64,000 nucleotides of DNA from assembly GCA_963701295.1 (NCBI GenBank), contig OY969585.1:608001-672000 (forward strand), written 5' to 3'. The notes beneath the pieces are model-generated. The model saw only the letters and a list, made by a program, of their open reading frames with translations, ran no database searches and was not told the origin of the DNA. Positions within the stretch are counted from its first letter, which is position 1. Each line of letters starts with the position of its first letter. The translations under genes were made by a program, and so were the position numbers. Of this stretch, positions 10,778 through 20,544 are shown in pieces. The stretch is from Ignavibacteriota bacterium. Lineage in GTDB: Bacteria; Bacteroidota; Ignavibacteria; UBA10030.

Positions 10778-11479
10778 TCAACTCAATCGTTTGATTTCCG
10801 TCAGGATTTCCTCGATAACTTCTGTGTTATATATTTTTTTCTTATCTTTTGCTTCCTTAACGGAGAAAATGAAGAATACCTTACCGCCGTACTTTGCTTG
10901 AAACTTCGCATGGTTGATTCTGTGCATTTCAATCCATTGGTAATCGTTGATAGATTTTCTAGCAGAGATCGGCTTCACTTGAAGTCCGATGTAAGAATTA
11001 GAGATCTTGATGAAGAAGTCAACTCCGTAAGTTCTGTCCCAATCGTCAGGAGCAGGTTCAATTTTGTGTTGCACAATCGATTGCAATTGCCCATAGATTG
11101 TCTCAATCTCGGTGCGGTAACCTTCGTAGGTTCTGTTCAGAATAAGGTTGTATGCATAGTCGATGCATTCTTCCTCTGTAATTGATTCGAGTTCGTTCTG
11201 AACAACTTCTGACAATTTGATGTATAGAGTTTGTCCAAGTCCTGTGATGAAATCCCTTGTCACGCGAATGCCATCTCTCTTCTTTTGTTTAGCAGTATTG
11301 AAATAGAAGTTCTCCCAATCCTCGAAAGTGCCTGGTGCACATGCTCTAATAAGCTCCGACGTAGTGCCGACAGACTGGGCCTTGTTTAAACCCCAACGAT
11401 TCATTCCGTAGTTAAGAAGAGTTTCTCTCTTGAACTTCAAATTCTTTCCTTCAGAGCCGAGTATCCATTCTTTATCCAT
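10778..11479 (-). CDS. Type II restriction endonuclease, MjaI family
   Basis: N-terminal VGTTSELIR...WENFY segment. PD-(D/E)xK-type core DRTYGVDFFI...IGLQVKP. Overlaps the MTase gene by 8 bp. Confidence 0.8.
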   Translation of the reverse strand: MDKEWILGSEGKNLKFKRETLLNYGMNRWGLNKAQSVGTTSELIRACAPGTFEDWENFYFNTAKQKKRDGIRVTRDFITGLGQTLYIKLSEVVQNELESITEEECIDYAYNLILNRTYEGYRTEIETIYGQLQSIVQHKIEPAPDDWDRTYGVDFFIKISNSYIGLQVKPISARKSINDYQWIEMHRINHAKFQAKYGGKVFFIFSVKEAKDKKKIYNTEVIEEILTEIKRLS

Positions 11480-12770
11480 TTTGTTCCTGTAATAGTCTTA
11501 GAAATTTATCCTTCCGTATAAAATGTCTGCTTGTATCTACCAACACCCATCCGCTTTTAATGAGGTGAGCATTTATGAATGTTTTATTCTTAAGATAGAC
11601 ATAAGATAGGAGGGTTCCGTTTTCGTCGTGCTTATCCTTGTCAAACTTGAGAGAGATTTTTTGACCCCTCGTCTTCAAATTGAGAAACTCAACAGCCTGT
11701 TCTCGATGTTTTGGGTCCTCGATTACTCCGATCAGTCTAACCGTGATTCCATTGCTGAGTTTGAGAAGTTCGGGGCTCAGAACTTCTTTAACGGTGAATA
11801 GTTCAATTCTTTCACTATTGTCGCCATTCTCAATTTTCGAACCAAACTTCAACGTACGAGGATCGATTTTTTTGTCTAGTTGATGTGGATCTTTAAACTT
11901 ATAAGGTAATGATTCTATGTCTTTTGAAAAATCCTCGTCTTGTCGTTTTTGAGAAACGAATTCGTACGTGGAATCGCCAAAAATATCACGTTCGGAAATT
12001 TTCAATTTATTTTTAATGATTGGAATAAATGTTTGACTTATTTCATAGCCAACAGAATTTCGATTCAGATTTTTCGCCGCAAGGGACGTGGTTCCACTAC
12101 CAAGAAATGGATCAAGAATTGTATCGCCTACAAAGGAAAACATCCGAATCAATCGACGGGGGAGTTCCTCTGGAAACATTGCAAGATGCTTGTCTTGTCT
12201 CTCTCCAGCAAAGTTCCAGTGTCCCGAGAAGTATGTATTCCATTCATCAGTTGTGAGCTTTGAAAGTTCTTTGATCTCTTTGCTGACCTTCGGTGGATTG
12301 CCCAACTTTTTGAATATCAAAATAAATTCATAATCGATTTTTAATATACCATTTCTCGGATGAGGAAAAGAACCCATTATCGAAGCACCGCCAGTGGTAT
12401 TGGTCGTTGTAACCTTTTGCCAGATGATAGCACCCATATAGTCCATCCCAATGGTTTCACAAAACTTTGTAATTTCTGTTCTGATTGGGATAACTTTATA
12501 ACGTCCATAATAAACTGAGCGTGCGAATTGGTCACCAATGTTGACGCAAAGCCGACAACCATTTTGAAGAACTCGATAGCACTCTTTCCAAACAAGGTTA
12601 AGATTATTGATGTAGCTTTCATAAGTATCATGGAAACCTATTTGATTCTCGTTCCCATAGTCCTTGAGCTGCCAGTACGGTGGCGAAGTAATAACGAGAT
12701 GAACGGATTCGTCAGGAAGTTCCGTAATCCTTCTTGAATCACCGATTATAATTTTATGATGAGTAGCCAT
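11472..12770 (-). CDS. Beta-class amino-DNA methyltransferase (probably N4-cytosine) with a C-terminal thermonuclease(SNase)-like domain
   Basis: Motif IV TSPPY precedes motif I ILDPFLGSGTT, and HLAMFP is present. The C-terminal ~110 aa (VRLIGV...LLSYVYL...INAHLIKSG) follow the SNase pattern. Confidence 0.88.
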   Translation of the reverse strand: MATHHKIIIGDSRRITELPDESVHLVITSPPYWQLKDYGNENQIGFHDTYESYINNLNLVWKECYRVLQNGCRLCVNIGDQFARSVYYGRYKVIPIRTEITKFCETIGMDYMGAIIWQKVTTTNTTGGASIMGSFPHPRNGILKIDYEFILIFKKLGNPPKVSKEIKELSKLTTDEWNTYFSGHWNFAGERQDKHLAMFPEELPRRLIRMFSFVGDTILDPFLGSGTTSLAAKNLNRNSVGYEISQTFIPIIKNKLKISERDIFGDSTYEFVSQKRQDEDFSKDIESLPYKFKDPHQLDKKIDPRTLKFGSKIENGDNSERIELFTVKEVLSPELLKLSNGITVRLIGVIEDPKHREQAVEFLNLKTRGQKISLKFDKDKHDENGTLLSYVYLKNKTFINAHLIKSGWVLVDTSRHFIRKDKFLRLLQEQNG

Positions 12771-13156
12771 TTTTTATTAAAATATACATAATTTCAACTT
12801 CAGTTGCTAGTTCAATCTCACATCAAGAAGACACTACCATATTGCTTAACATCGGAAAATATAGAAACGCTCTCTTAAAAGAAAAGATTCTTCATTCGTG
12901 CTTCGTCTTTCTTAGTGCGATATTATAGGTTGGTTCTTATTCACATGGCAATTCTCCATTATTGTTCTGATATTTAATAAGACAAATTGAATGATTTAGA
13001 GAAAATTCACAAATTATTGTCAGAAGGGTCTTTTAGGAGCTGTCGCGTCTACGAGCATTATCGGGGAAAGTAATGGGAAAGCATTTGGAGGTTTGTCTAT
13101 TTACTGATGGTTTTTTATCCATTTAAACAATTGTTCAACGTGTCAGGATGTAACCC

Positions 13157-14686
13157 ATGATTTATTGTTTATCCGATCTTCTCTTCCAGCAACGCGACAA
13201 AAAAACATCGCACATAGCGCTCATCGATGGACAACACCGGCTCACTTACACAGAACTGATTCATCAGACAGAACGATTTGCAGCAATGTTACAAGCCCAG
13301 GGAGTACAACGAGGCGACCATATTGCTATTTACCTGCAGCGTTCCGTTGAATCTGTTGTTGCTCTTTTTGCTGTGTGGTCTCTTGGCGCCGTCGTTGTCA
13401 TTATCAATGATGTGCTGAAAAATCGGCAGGTCAACTACATTATCGATCATTCGGAAGCTTCCTTTCTCATAACCGACAATCGTCTTCGCACTTCGCTGAC
13501 TGAAGTTCCATTGAGCGCTAATCGCATTCTTACAGTGAACACTGAAAAACCAATCGACCAACAATTTACTCCCTCTCGTGTCATTGGTGCCGATCTTGCT
13601 CTCATCATTTACACGTCTGGATCTACCGGCATGCCCAAAGGAATCATGCTATCGCATAATAATCTCATTTCCGGCGCCTACATCATAACAGACTATCTTC
13701 ATCTCACACAAAACGAGATCATCATCAGCCTTCTGCCATTTAGTTTCGATTACGGGCTCAACCAATTGTTAACAGCATTGCTCGTCGGTGGGACATTGGT
13801 GATACAGCGATCTGTGTTGCCTGCCGATATCTGCAATACTCTGAATCGTGAGCAGGTCACAGGCATGGGAGCTGTGCCGATGATATGGCAGCAATTAGTT
13901 GGAAGCCGATCACCATTTATCAAATTGCAATTTCCACATCTCCGTTATATTACGAACACCGGCGGCCGTATGCCGGAGAGCATCACTAAACTTTTTCGGC
14001 AAGCTCATCCACACATCCAAATCTATTTAATGTTTGGTCTCACTGAAGCATTCCGTTCTACATATCTTCCTCCAGATCAAGTCGATGTTCGTCCGAGTTC
14101 TATTGGAAAAGCAATTCCAAATGTAGAACTCTTAGTACTCAATGAGCGGGGTGAACTGTGTAAGCCGGGTGAGGAGGGAGAACTTGTCCATCGCGGTGCA
14201 AACATCGCTATGGGATATTGGCGGGATCCTGAAAATACCGCCAAAAGATTCAGACCGGCTCCATTCCAACAAGGAAAAGGCGGACAACAAGAGATTGCCG
14301 TGTATTCCGGAGATTATGTAAAGACTGATGAAGAGGGATATTTGTATTTTATTGGTCGGAAAGATCAGATGATCAAATCGCACGGTATGAGGGTGAGTCC
14401 GGAAGAAATTGAAGATTGCATCTATGCATCACAGTTGGTAAAACACGCAGTAGCATTTGCAGTCCCCTTCGATGAAGTGAAAAACTCTATCGTTATAGCT
14501 CTTGTACCTTCTCATCCATTATCGTTTTCAGAAAAGGAATTGCATCTTTACTGCAAGATGCAAATGCCAGAATATATGCGGCCGGATATTATATGGACGA
14601 TTGAGCGGTTTCCCGAAACCTCCTCCGGAAAACCTGACCGCGTCCGCTTGCAGGAAATGTTCAAGGAACATAACCAAAAATCCTAA
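13157..14686 (+). CDS. AMP-forming acyl-CoA/acyl-ACP ligase (resembles the exosortase/EPS-associated type)
   Basis: Motifs YTSGSTGMPKG, LPFSFDYGLNQL, MFGLTEAFRS, SGD, GRKD and SGKPDR. Confidence 0.88.
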   Translation: MIYCLSDLLFQQRDKKTSHIALIDGQHRLTYTELIHQTERFAAMLQAQGVQRGDHIAIYLQRSVESVVALFAVWSLGAVVVIINDVLKNRQVNYIIDHSEASFLITDNRLRTSLTEVPLSANRILTVNTEKPIDQQFTPSRVIGADLALIIYTSGSTGMPKGIMLSHNNLISGAYIITDYLHLTQNEIIISLLPFSFDYGLNQLLTALLVGGTLVIQRSVLPADICNTLNREQVTGMGAVPMIWQQLVGSRSPFIKLQFPHLRYITNTGGRMPESITKLFRQAHPHIQIYLMFGLTEAFRSTYLPPDQVDVRPSSIGKAIPNVELLVLNERGELCKPGEEGELVHRGANIAMGYWRDPENTAKRFRPAPFQQGKGGQQEIAVYSGDYVKTDEEGYLYFIGRKDQMIKSHGMRVSPEEIEDCIYASQLVKHAVAFAVPFDEVKNSIVIALVPSHPLSFSEKELHLYCKMQMPEYMRPDIIWTIERFPETSSGKPDRVRLQEMFKEHNQKS

Positions 14687-14743
14687 AAGGGATCACCGGA
14701 ATAAAATTCCAAATACGTTTCTCGATATCTCAAGAAAAAAGAT

Positions 14744-15643
14744 ATGAGATCAGACCCACTCTACAGTATACTTTTGGATCGTCTGACCGCTTCATGGATA
14801 GCACAGCCGGATAAGCCAGAGGAAACCCCAGAATCAACCTTGAAGGCCCTCTGTTTTTTCGCTGCGGGCATTCCCGTTTCGGTCCAGAAAGCGTTACACG
14901 AGAATATACCGGAGTTGAACGATCATTCACGCAGACAACTTCAGAGTCTTGTTGAAAAACGTCTCGCTGGTTTACCACTTGCTCATATCACAGGACGGCA
15001 ACATTTTCTAGGAATGGAATTACTGGCAGGGCCTGAAGCCTTGATACCACGGATTGAGACTGAGATCCTCGGTCGTGCAGCACTTACGATTGCAAAATCC
15101 ATCGCAGATGCTCAGGGCGCTGTAACCGTTCTGGACGTATGCACCGGGTCTGGAAATGTTGCACTCGGAATCGCGTCAAACGAGTCCCGGTCGAGGGTGT
15201 TCGGGTCAGATCTTTCCGAAGAAGCGGTTGTGCTTGCGCGAAAGAATGCACGACATTTGAATTTGGATAACCGAGCCGAATTCAGGCAGAGTGATCTCTT
15301 TACTGCGTTTGAGTCGGACGAGTTTTATCGGAAGATGGATCTCGTGACTTGCAACCCTCCGTACATCCCATCGGCAAAGGTCGGCAGTATGAATCCAGAA
15401 ATCTCACAGCGCGAGCCTCGCATGGCTTTTGATGGAGGCTCACTTGGGATCACGATCCTCACACGAATGATCAGGGAATCTCCGAAATACCTCAAACCAA
15501 ATTCTTATCTTTGCTTCGAGGTTGGACTCGGGCAGGGGAAAGCTATGGAACAGAGACTCAAGAAGGAGAGCAGATACTGCAACATTCAGTCTTATGTCGA
15601 CGTTGCCAACCAGATACGGGCGTTGTCAGCGCAAGTCGCATAG
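14744..15643 (+). CDS. HemK/PrmC-family SAM-dependent amide N-methyltransferase (paralogue with an atypical N-terminus)
   Basis: Motifs ALIPRIETE, LDVCTGSG, CNPPYI, EP..AFDGG and FEVG. The N-terminus PDKPEETPESTLKAL differs from canonical PrmC. Confidence 0.8.
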   Translation: MRSDPLYSILLDRLTASWIAQPDKPEETPESTLKALCFFAAGIPVSVQKALHENIPELNDHSRRQLQSLVEKRLAGLPLAHITGRQHFLGMELLAGPEALIPRIETEILGRAALTIAKSIADAQGAVTVLDVCTGSGNVALGIASNESRSRVFGSDLSEEAVVLARKNARHLNLDNRAEFRQSDLFTAFESDEFYRKMDLVTCNPPYIPSAKVGSMNPEISQREPRMAFDGGSLGITILTRMIRESPKYLKPNSYLCFEVGLGQGKAMEQRLKKESRYCNIQSYVDVANQIRALSAQVA

Positions 15644-15921
15644 TCTAAATTATTGCCTCAATGTCGTAATATCATATCAATTCAGTCCACTAAGTTAATT
15701 GCTTCTTTCTATCAGTCTGCAAAAGTGTCCTATCTCTTGTTTAAATAGATAAACACTCTCAACATCCGATCAAATTCAAAACCATATCCTTGATTCTATG
15801 AGGGCTTTCATTATGATGATTCTGAGATGACAAAACAGAATCCCAGTTGATTGTTTATTGATTTATAGCGAAAGTTTGCTTAGGTTTTTAAAGTGTATCT
15901 CTGGACATATACATAAATCGA

Positions 15922-17001
15922 ATGGTAAGACTAGAAAAAAAGGATTTAGTTATATTTATTTTTTTGTGGCTTGGGATTGCTCTTTTCCTTACTCTTTGGC
16001 CATTCAATTTCTTGTGTAAAAACGTTGTTACTGCCACCCCAGGCGGGGGCTTTCATTTTGAGTCTCCCTCCATTGCATATCTTAGTCATCTCCCTATAAA
16101 AATTAGTGAACTGAAAAAGTTCTCTCTTATAATGGAAGTGAAATCAGATATTACATTAATTGACATCGACGGCATCATCTTTGGCAACTGCATTAACTAT
16201 GACAAACAGAATTTTCTCATGGTACAGGTGCGCGAAAATGTTGAATTTTTCATAAGCGCCAACGGTGTTTCTCGGGAAATCTTTGGAGAAGGGATTTTCG
16301 AGAAAGACAATCCTGTCTGGATTGAAATAACATATGATGGGAACAAGCTTACCTTCCTTAAGAACGGATCAGTAAAAAATGTGGTCACAATAGAAAATCT
16401 TGATTTTTCTCGCTGGAATAGTTCCTATCCATTCGTTTTCGCGAATGGAGGCGATGGTATGAACCCTTGGTCTGGTACGATCTTTTCATTTGACGTCTTC
16501 GATAGTGTTGTCACAATATCTGATCGTCAACATCTGGAAACGATAAGGAGGCAGGTAGCACCTCTTATAAGTTTGTCTGTGCAACAAGAACAAACGGGAC
16601 CATATCAATTACAAGGAAATATTTCTGCACCATCGGTCGTTATACCAGCGAGATTCAATCCTCCAGGAAAAAGTTTATTAATCAGCCTTTTAAATCTCAC
16701 TGAGTGGGGGCATATAGACTATATGGATTTTTTTCTCAATATTGTATTTTTTCTTCCATTCGGATTCCTCCTGCGGCTCCTTCTAGAAAAATATACCAAC
16801 CGTTATTACTTGAGCTTCTTCATCACAATCATGACTGGATTATTGCTTACAATAACGATCGAAACATTACAATCTTTTCTTCCCATTAGATATACCAGTA
16901 TTCTGGATGTTTTAAGTAATACTCTTGGCACTATTATAGGAGCAATGATTATTACATCTTCCTGGGTTCGACAATTATTAAATTTGCAAAGGCAAAAATA
17001 G
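15922..17001 (+). CDS. VanZ-family membrane protein with an extracytoplasmic LamG/ConA-like domain
   Basis: N-terminal TM (LTLWPFNF), a beta-rich middle (ITYDG...WNSSYPFVFAN...PWSG) and a VanZ C-terminus (NIVFFLPFG...IETLQSFLPIR...DVLSNTLG). Confidence 0.75.
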   Translation: MVRLEKKDLVIFIFLWLGIALFLTLWPFNFLCKNVVTATPGGGFHFESPSIAYLSHLPIKISELKKFSLIMEVKSDITLIDIDGIIFGNCINYDKQNFLMVQVRENVEFFISANGVSREIFGEGIFEKDNPVWIEITYDGNKLTFLKNGSVKNVVTIENLDFSRWNSSYPFVFANGGDGMNPWSGTIFSFDVFDSVVTISDRQHLETIRRQVAPLISLSVQQEQTGPYQLQGNISAPSVVIPARFNPPGKSLLISLLNLTEWGHIDYMDFFLNIVFFLPFGFLLRLLLEKYTNRYYLSFFITIMTGLLLTITIETLQSFLPIRYTSILDVLSNTLGTIIGAMIITSSWVRQLLNLQRQK

Positions 17002-17002
17002 T

Positions 17003-18022
17003 ATGAACAAGCCTCAAAATTGGCTAAAGATCGAGACAACTTCCGAAATAGAGAAGATTGTAAAAGTCATTTATCATCAAGTAAGGGCTATTCTTCGGAA
17101 GAAGGGTGCTATTATTGCTGCATCGGGCGGCATCGATAGTTCCGTTTGTGCTGCATTATGTACAAAAGCACTAGGAAAAGAAAATATACTTGTTCTCTCA
17201 TTGCCTGAGCGTGACTCGTCGCCTGATTCGATAAGACTTGGCCAACAACTTGCTGACGCGCTTGGAATCAAATTACAAATCGTAGATATTGCTCCCATTC
17301 TCAAAGGAGCTCAATGTTATGAGCTTCAACTCGAAGCAATACGCCGAGTATTTCCCGAATATGAAGAGGGCTGGAAGCATAAGGTCTCACTTCCATCTAT
17401 TCTTGAAAATGATCGTTTGAACCTCTCTTTCCTTACTGTTCAAAGCCCGACAGGGAATCTGAAATCAATCCGAATGCCTCTCTCAGTCTATCTTCAGCTC
17501 ATTGCTGCAACGAATTTGAAACAGCGAGCGCGGAAAATGACAGAGTATTCCTATGCAGATGGATTAAACTATGCTGTGTGCGGAACACCAAACCGCCTTG
17601 AATATGACCAGGGCTTCTTTGTAAAGCAGGGTGATGGAAGCGCTGATTTCAAGCCGATAGCTCACCTTTACAAAACACAGGTGTACCAGCTTGCGGAAGC
17701 ACTTGATATCCCAGAAGAAATCCGTAGACGCCCGCCAACCACAGATACATTTTCTCTCCCACAAACACAAGAAGAGTTTTATTTTTCTCTTCCCTACGGA
17801 CAAATGGATCTTTGCCTGTACGGATTCAACCACAACATCACGTCGGCTGAAGTAGCTCGTGCAACAAATCTTACCTCAGAACAAGTGGAGAGAGTTTATA
17901 AAGACATAGAGAAAAAACGTCGCGCGACAATAGCACTCCATCTTCCGCCTCTTCTGATCGATGGCGTTGATGAGATTAACGATTTCATTCAATCGACAGT
18001 CCGTCAATCAAAGGAAGTGTAA
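17003..18022 (+). CDS. nadE: NH3-dependent NAD+ synthetase-like protein (cluster-associated paralogue)
   Basis: PP-loop SGGIDSS, plus ATNLKQRAR, GTPNRLE, GFFVKQGDG, KPIAHLYKTQV and PTTDT. Confidence 0.8.
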   Translation: MNKPQNWLKIETTSEIEKIVKVIYHQVRAILRKKGAIIAASGGIDSSVCAALCTKALGKENILVLSLPERDSSPDSIRLGQQLADALGIKLQIVDIAPILKGAQCYELQLEAIRRVFPEYEEGWKHKVSLPSILENDRLNLSFLTVQSPTGNLKSIRMPLSVYLQLIAATNLKQRARKMTEYSYADGLNYAVCGTPNRLEYDQGFFVKQGDGSADFKPIAHLYKTQVYQLAEALDIPEEIRRRPPTTDTFSLPQTQEEFYFSLPYGQMDLCLYGFNHNITSAEVARATNLTSEQVERVYKDIEKKRRATIALHLPPLLIDGVDEINDFIQSTVRQSKEV

Positions 18023-18027
18023 TTTCG

Positions 18028-20064
18028 ATGTGCGGGATAGCCGGAATTGTCAATCTCTCTGACCATCAAAACCCACCAACTGTTGAATTGTTGCAGTCGA
18101 TGATCGGTGCTATTCGTCACCGTGGACCGGATGAGTATGGATTATATAGAGATAGGCATGCCGGTTTGGTCCATGCACGGCTATCAATTATCGACCTCCA
18201 GGCGGGTCAGCAACCCATGTCCAATGAAGATCACACCCTTTGGATTGTCTTCAATGGAGAAATTTTCAACTTCATTGAATTGAGAGCTGAGCTTGAAAAA
18301 TTAGGCCATTGCTTTCGAACCCATTCGGATACGGAAGTCATTCTCCATGCATTTGAATCTTGGGATATCGATTGTTTTTCCCGTTTCAACGGCCAATGGG
18401 CGCTTGCATTGTGGAACACGCAAACACGCAATCTTATATTATCTCGTGATCGAATCGGTGTGCGGCCATTATTTATTCACGAAACTCATGATCGTGTTCT
18501 CTTTGCCAGCGAAATGAAAGCGATATTTGCCGATCCTGCAGTTCCACGAGCTATCAATCCGCAAGGACTTGATCAGACGTTCACGTATTGGGCATCGATA
18601 GCTCCGGTAACGGTGTTTGAGGGAATCGATGAACTGCCTCCAGCTTCTATTCGAGTGTATGCACCCAGTGGTGAGAAGGAAGAAAAGTTGTATTGGAGAC
18701 CATCATACCCTGATGCGCCAAGAAGCTGGGAACACGGTTCTGTTTTCCCAACATTTGCCGCTGCTACGGAAATCCTGCGCGATAAATTAGAGCAGGCAAC
18801 AAAATTACGTATGCTGCGTTCGGATGTGCCGGTGGGAAGTTATTTATCTGGCGGATTAGATAGTTCTGTGGTTGCCCAGTTAGGCCGCAAGGCAAAAGAA
18901 GGTCGATTTGAAACGTTTTCCATTCGATTCGACGACACCGAATTCGATGAGACCGAATACCAAAGAACGATGGCTGCTACATTGAACAGCTCTCACAGAG
19001 AAATCATTGTAACAAGGAAAGATATCGCACAAGTTTTTCCTGACGTCATCTGGCATACAGAACGACCGATACTCAGAACAGCTCCTGCACCTTTATTTCT
19101 TCTTTCCAAATCTGTACGCGAAGCCGGAATAAAGGCGGTCTTGACGGGTGAAGGTGCTGATGAAATGTTAGCTGGATATGATATTTTTAGAGAAGCGAAG
19201 ATTCGTCAATTCTGGTCTCATCAGCCGAATTCGAAAGTCCGGCCTTTACTGTTTGACCGAATCTATCCATACCTTGCACGATCACCGCAGCGTGCAAGGG
19301 GAATGGCTTATGAATTCTGGAAAAAAGGACTCGAACACGCCAGCATACCAGGATTTTCCCACGAGCCGCGATGGTCAACTACATCATCACTGAAGAAATT
19401 CTTGTCTAAAGATTTTTTAGACTCTCTTCAAAACAATCCATCTCCTACTCCCCTGGATACTCTGCCCTCCAATTTTAGCCAATGGGATTCTCTCGCACAA
19501 GCACAATATCTTGAAATAACGACATTGCTTTCTTCATACTTGATTTCCTCACAGGGTGATCGTATGTTAATGGCTCATTCTGTCGAAGGCCGTTTTCCTT
19601 TTCTCGATGCCGACGTTATGCAATTCTGCAATGAACTTCCGGCAGAATACAAGCTCGCTTTTCTTGAAGAGAAACGCATCTTAAAAAAGGCGGCGGATGG
19701 ATTGATTCCAGAATCAATCATTCACCGCAAGAAACAGCCGTACCGTGCGCCGGATGCGGCAAGTTTTCTTAGTCGCGATACACCGGAGTATGTTCAAGAG
19801 ATGTTTTCGGACCGTAAACTCAAAGCAAACAGAGTTTTCAATCCACTAGCCGTTCGAGGTTTATACGAAAAATGCATTTCAAAGCGCGACCATGTTCGTG
19901 AACCCGGTTTATTCAGCAATACAGATAATATGGCGTTTGTGGGAATTTTATCTACTCAGCTTGTTGTTCAACAGTTTATCGAAACATCCGGACCAAGATA
20001 TGGAGCAGAAATTGAATTCAAAACATTTGTCGATTATACTCAACATCCATCACGAGCACACTAA
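18028..20064 (+). CDS. asnB: Asparagine synthase (glutamine-hydrolysing)-family amidotransferase
   Basis: N-terminal MCGIAG, then HRGPD, RLSIID, FNGEI, LSGGLDSS, LTGEGADE and HSVEGRFPFLD. Confidence 0.9.
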   Translation: MCGIAGIVNLSDHQNPPTVELLQSMIGAIRHRGPDEYGLYRDRHAGLVHARLSIIDLQAGQQPMSNEDHTLWIVFNGEIFNFIELRAELEKLGHCFRTHSDTEVILHAFESWDIDCFSRFNGQWALALWNTQTRNLILSRDRIGVRPLFIHETHDRVLFASEMKAIFADPAVPRAINPQGLDQTFTYWASIAPVTVFEGIDELPPASIRVYAPSGEKEEKLYWRPSYPDAPRSWEHGSVFPTFAAATEILRDKLEQATKLRMLRSDVPVGSYLSGGLDSSVVAQLGRKAKEGRFETFSIRFDDTEFDETEYQRTMAATLNSSHREIIVTRKDIAQVFPDVIWHTERPILRTAPAPLFLLSKSVREAGIKAVLTGEGADEMLAGYDIFREAKIRQFWSHQPNSKVRPLLFDRIYPYLARSPQRARGMAYEFWKKGLEHASIPGFSHEPRWSTTSSLKKFLSKDFLDSLQNNPSPTPLDTLPSNFSQWDSLAQAQYLEITTLLSSYLISSQGDRMLMAHSVEGRFPFLDADVMQFCNELPAEYKLAFLEEKRILKKAADGLIPESIIHRKKQPYRAPDAASFLSRDTPEYVQEMFSDRKLKANRVFNPLAVRGLYEKCISKRDHVREPGLFSNTDNMAFVGILSTQLVVQQFIETSGPRYGAEIEFKTFVDYTQHPSRAH

Positions 20065-20075
20065 AGGATAATGTA

Positions 20076-20336
20076 ATGATTGATCAACAAAACATTCAGA
20101 AAACAGTAAGAGATTTTATCCAACAGAATTTTATTTTTGACCCGAATACGACACTCGCGGATGATGAATCACTCTTGGGAGCGGGAGTTATTGATTCAAC
20201 GGGTGTACTCGAACTTATAGGATATTTAGAGGATACATTCCAACTTCAATTTGGAGACGATGAACTCATCGCAGAGAATTTCGACACCATTTTAAAAATA
20301 ACTGCATTTTTACAGAAGAAGCTCGACAAACAATAA
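20076..20336 (+). CDS. Acyl carrier protein
   Basis: 86 aa, acidic, with the phosphopantetheine site GVIDSTGVLEL and ENF-type C-terminus. Confidence 0.9.
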   Translation: MIDQQNIQKTVRDFIQQNFIFDPNTTLADDESLLGAGVIDSTGVLELIGYLEDTFQLQFGDDELIAENFDTILKITAFLQKKLDKQ

Positions 20337-20510
20337 ACAATTTACCGTCAGTCTTATTGAAATTCTATCTCACTATGAATTGGTTGGTTCCATACGTTTT
20401 GTGCTCCTCTTCGTTACATTTTTTGTACTGAAATTCATTGTTTCTGAACAAAGCACAGATTCTTTTCCTCTCCTTTTTCATCGAACTCATCGTTTCCTTT
20501 TTCCGTACAT

Positions 20511-20540
20511 AAAAAAACCTCACATTCATTTCTTGTGAGG
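20511..20540 (-). terminator. Intrinsic terminator of the polysaccharide operon
   Basis: Minus strand reads CCTCACA-agaaatgaa-TGTGAGG-TTTTTTT (7-bp stem plus U7). Confidence 0.75.
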
Positions 20541-20544
20541 CTTA

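Noticed and set aside
15922-17001. VanZ as a glycopeptide-resistance gene
   Set aside because: VanZ-like domains are common in surface-polysaccharide contexts, and no van operon genes are present.
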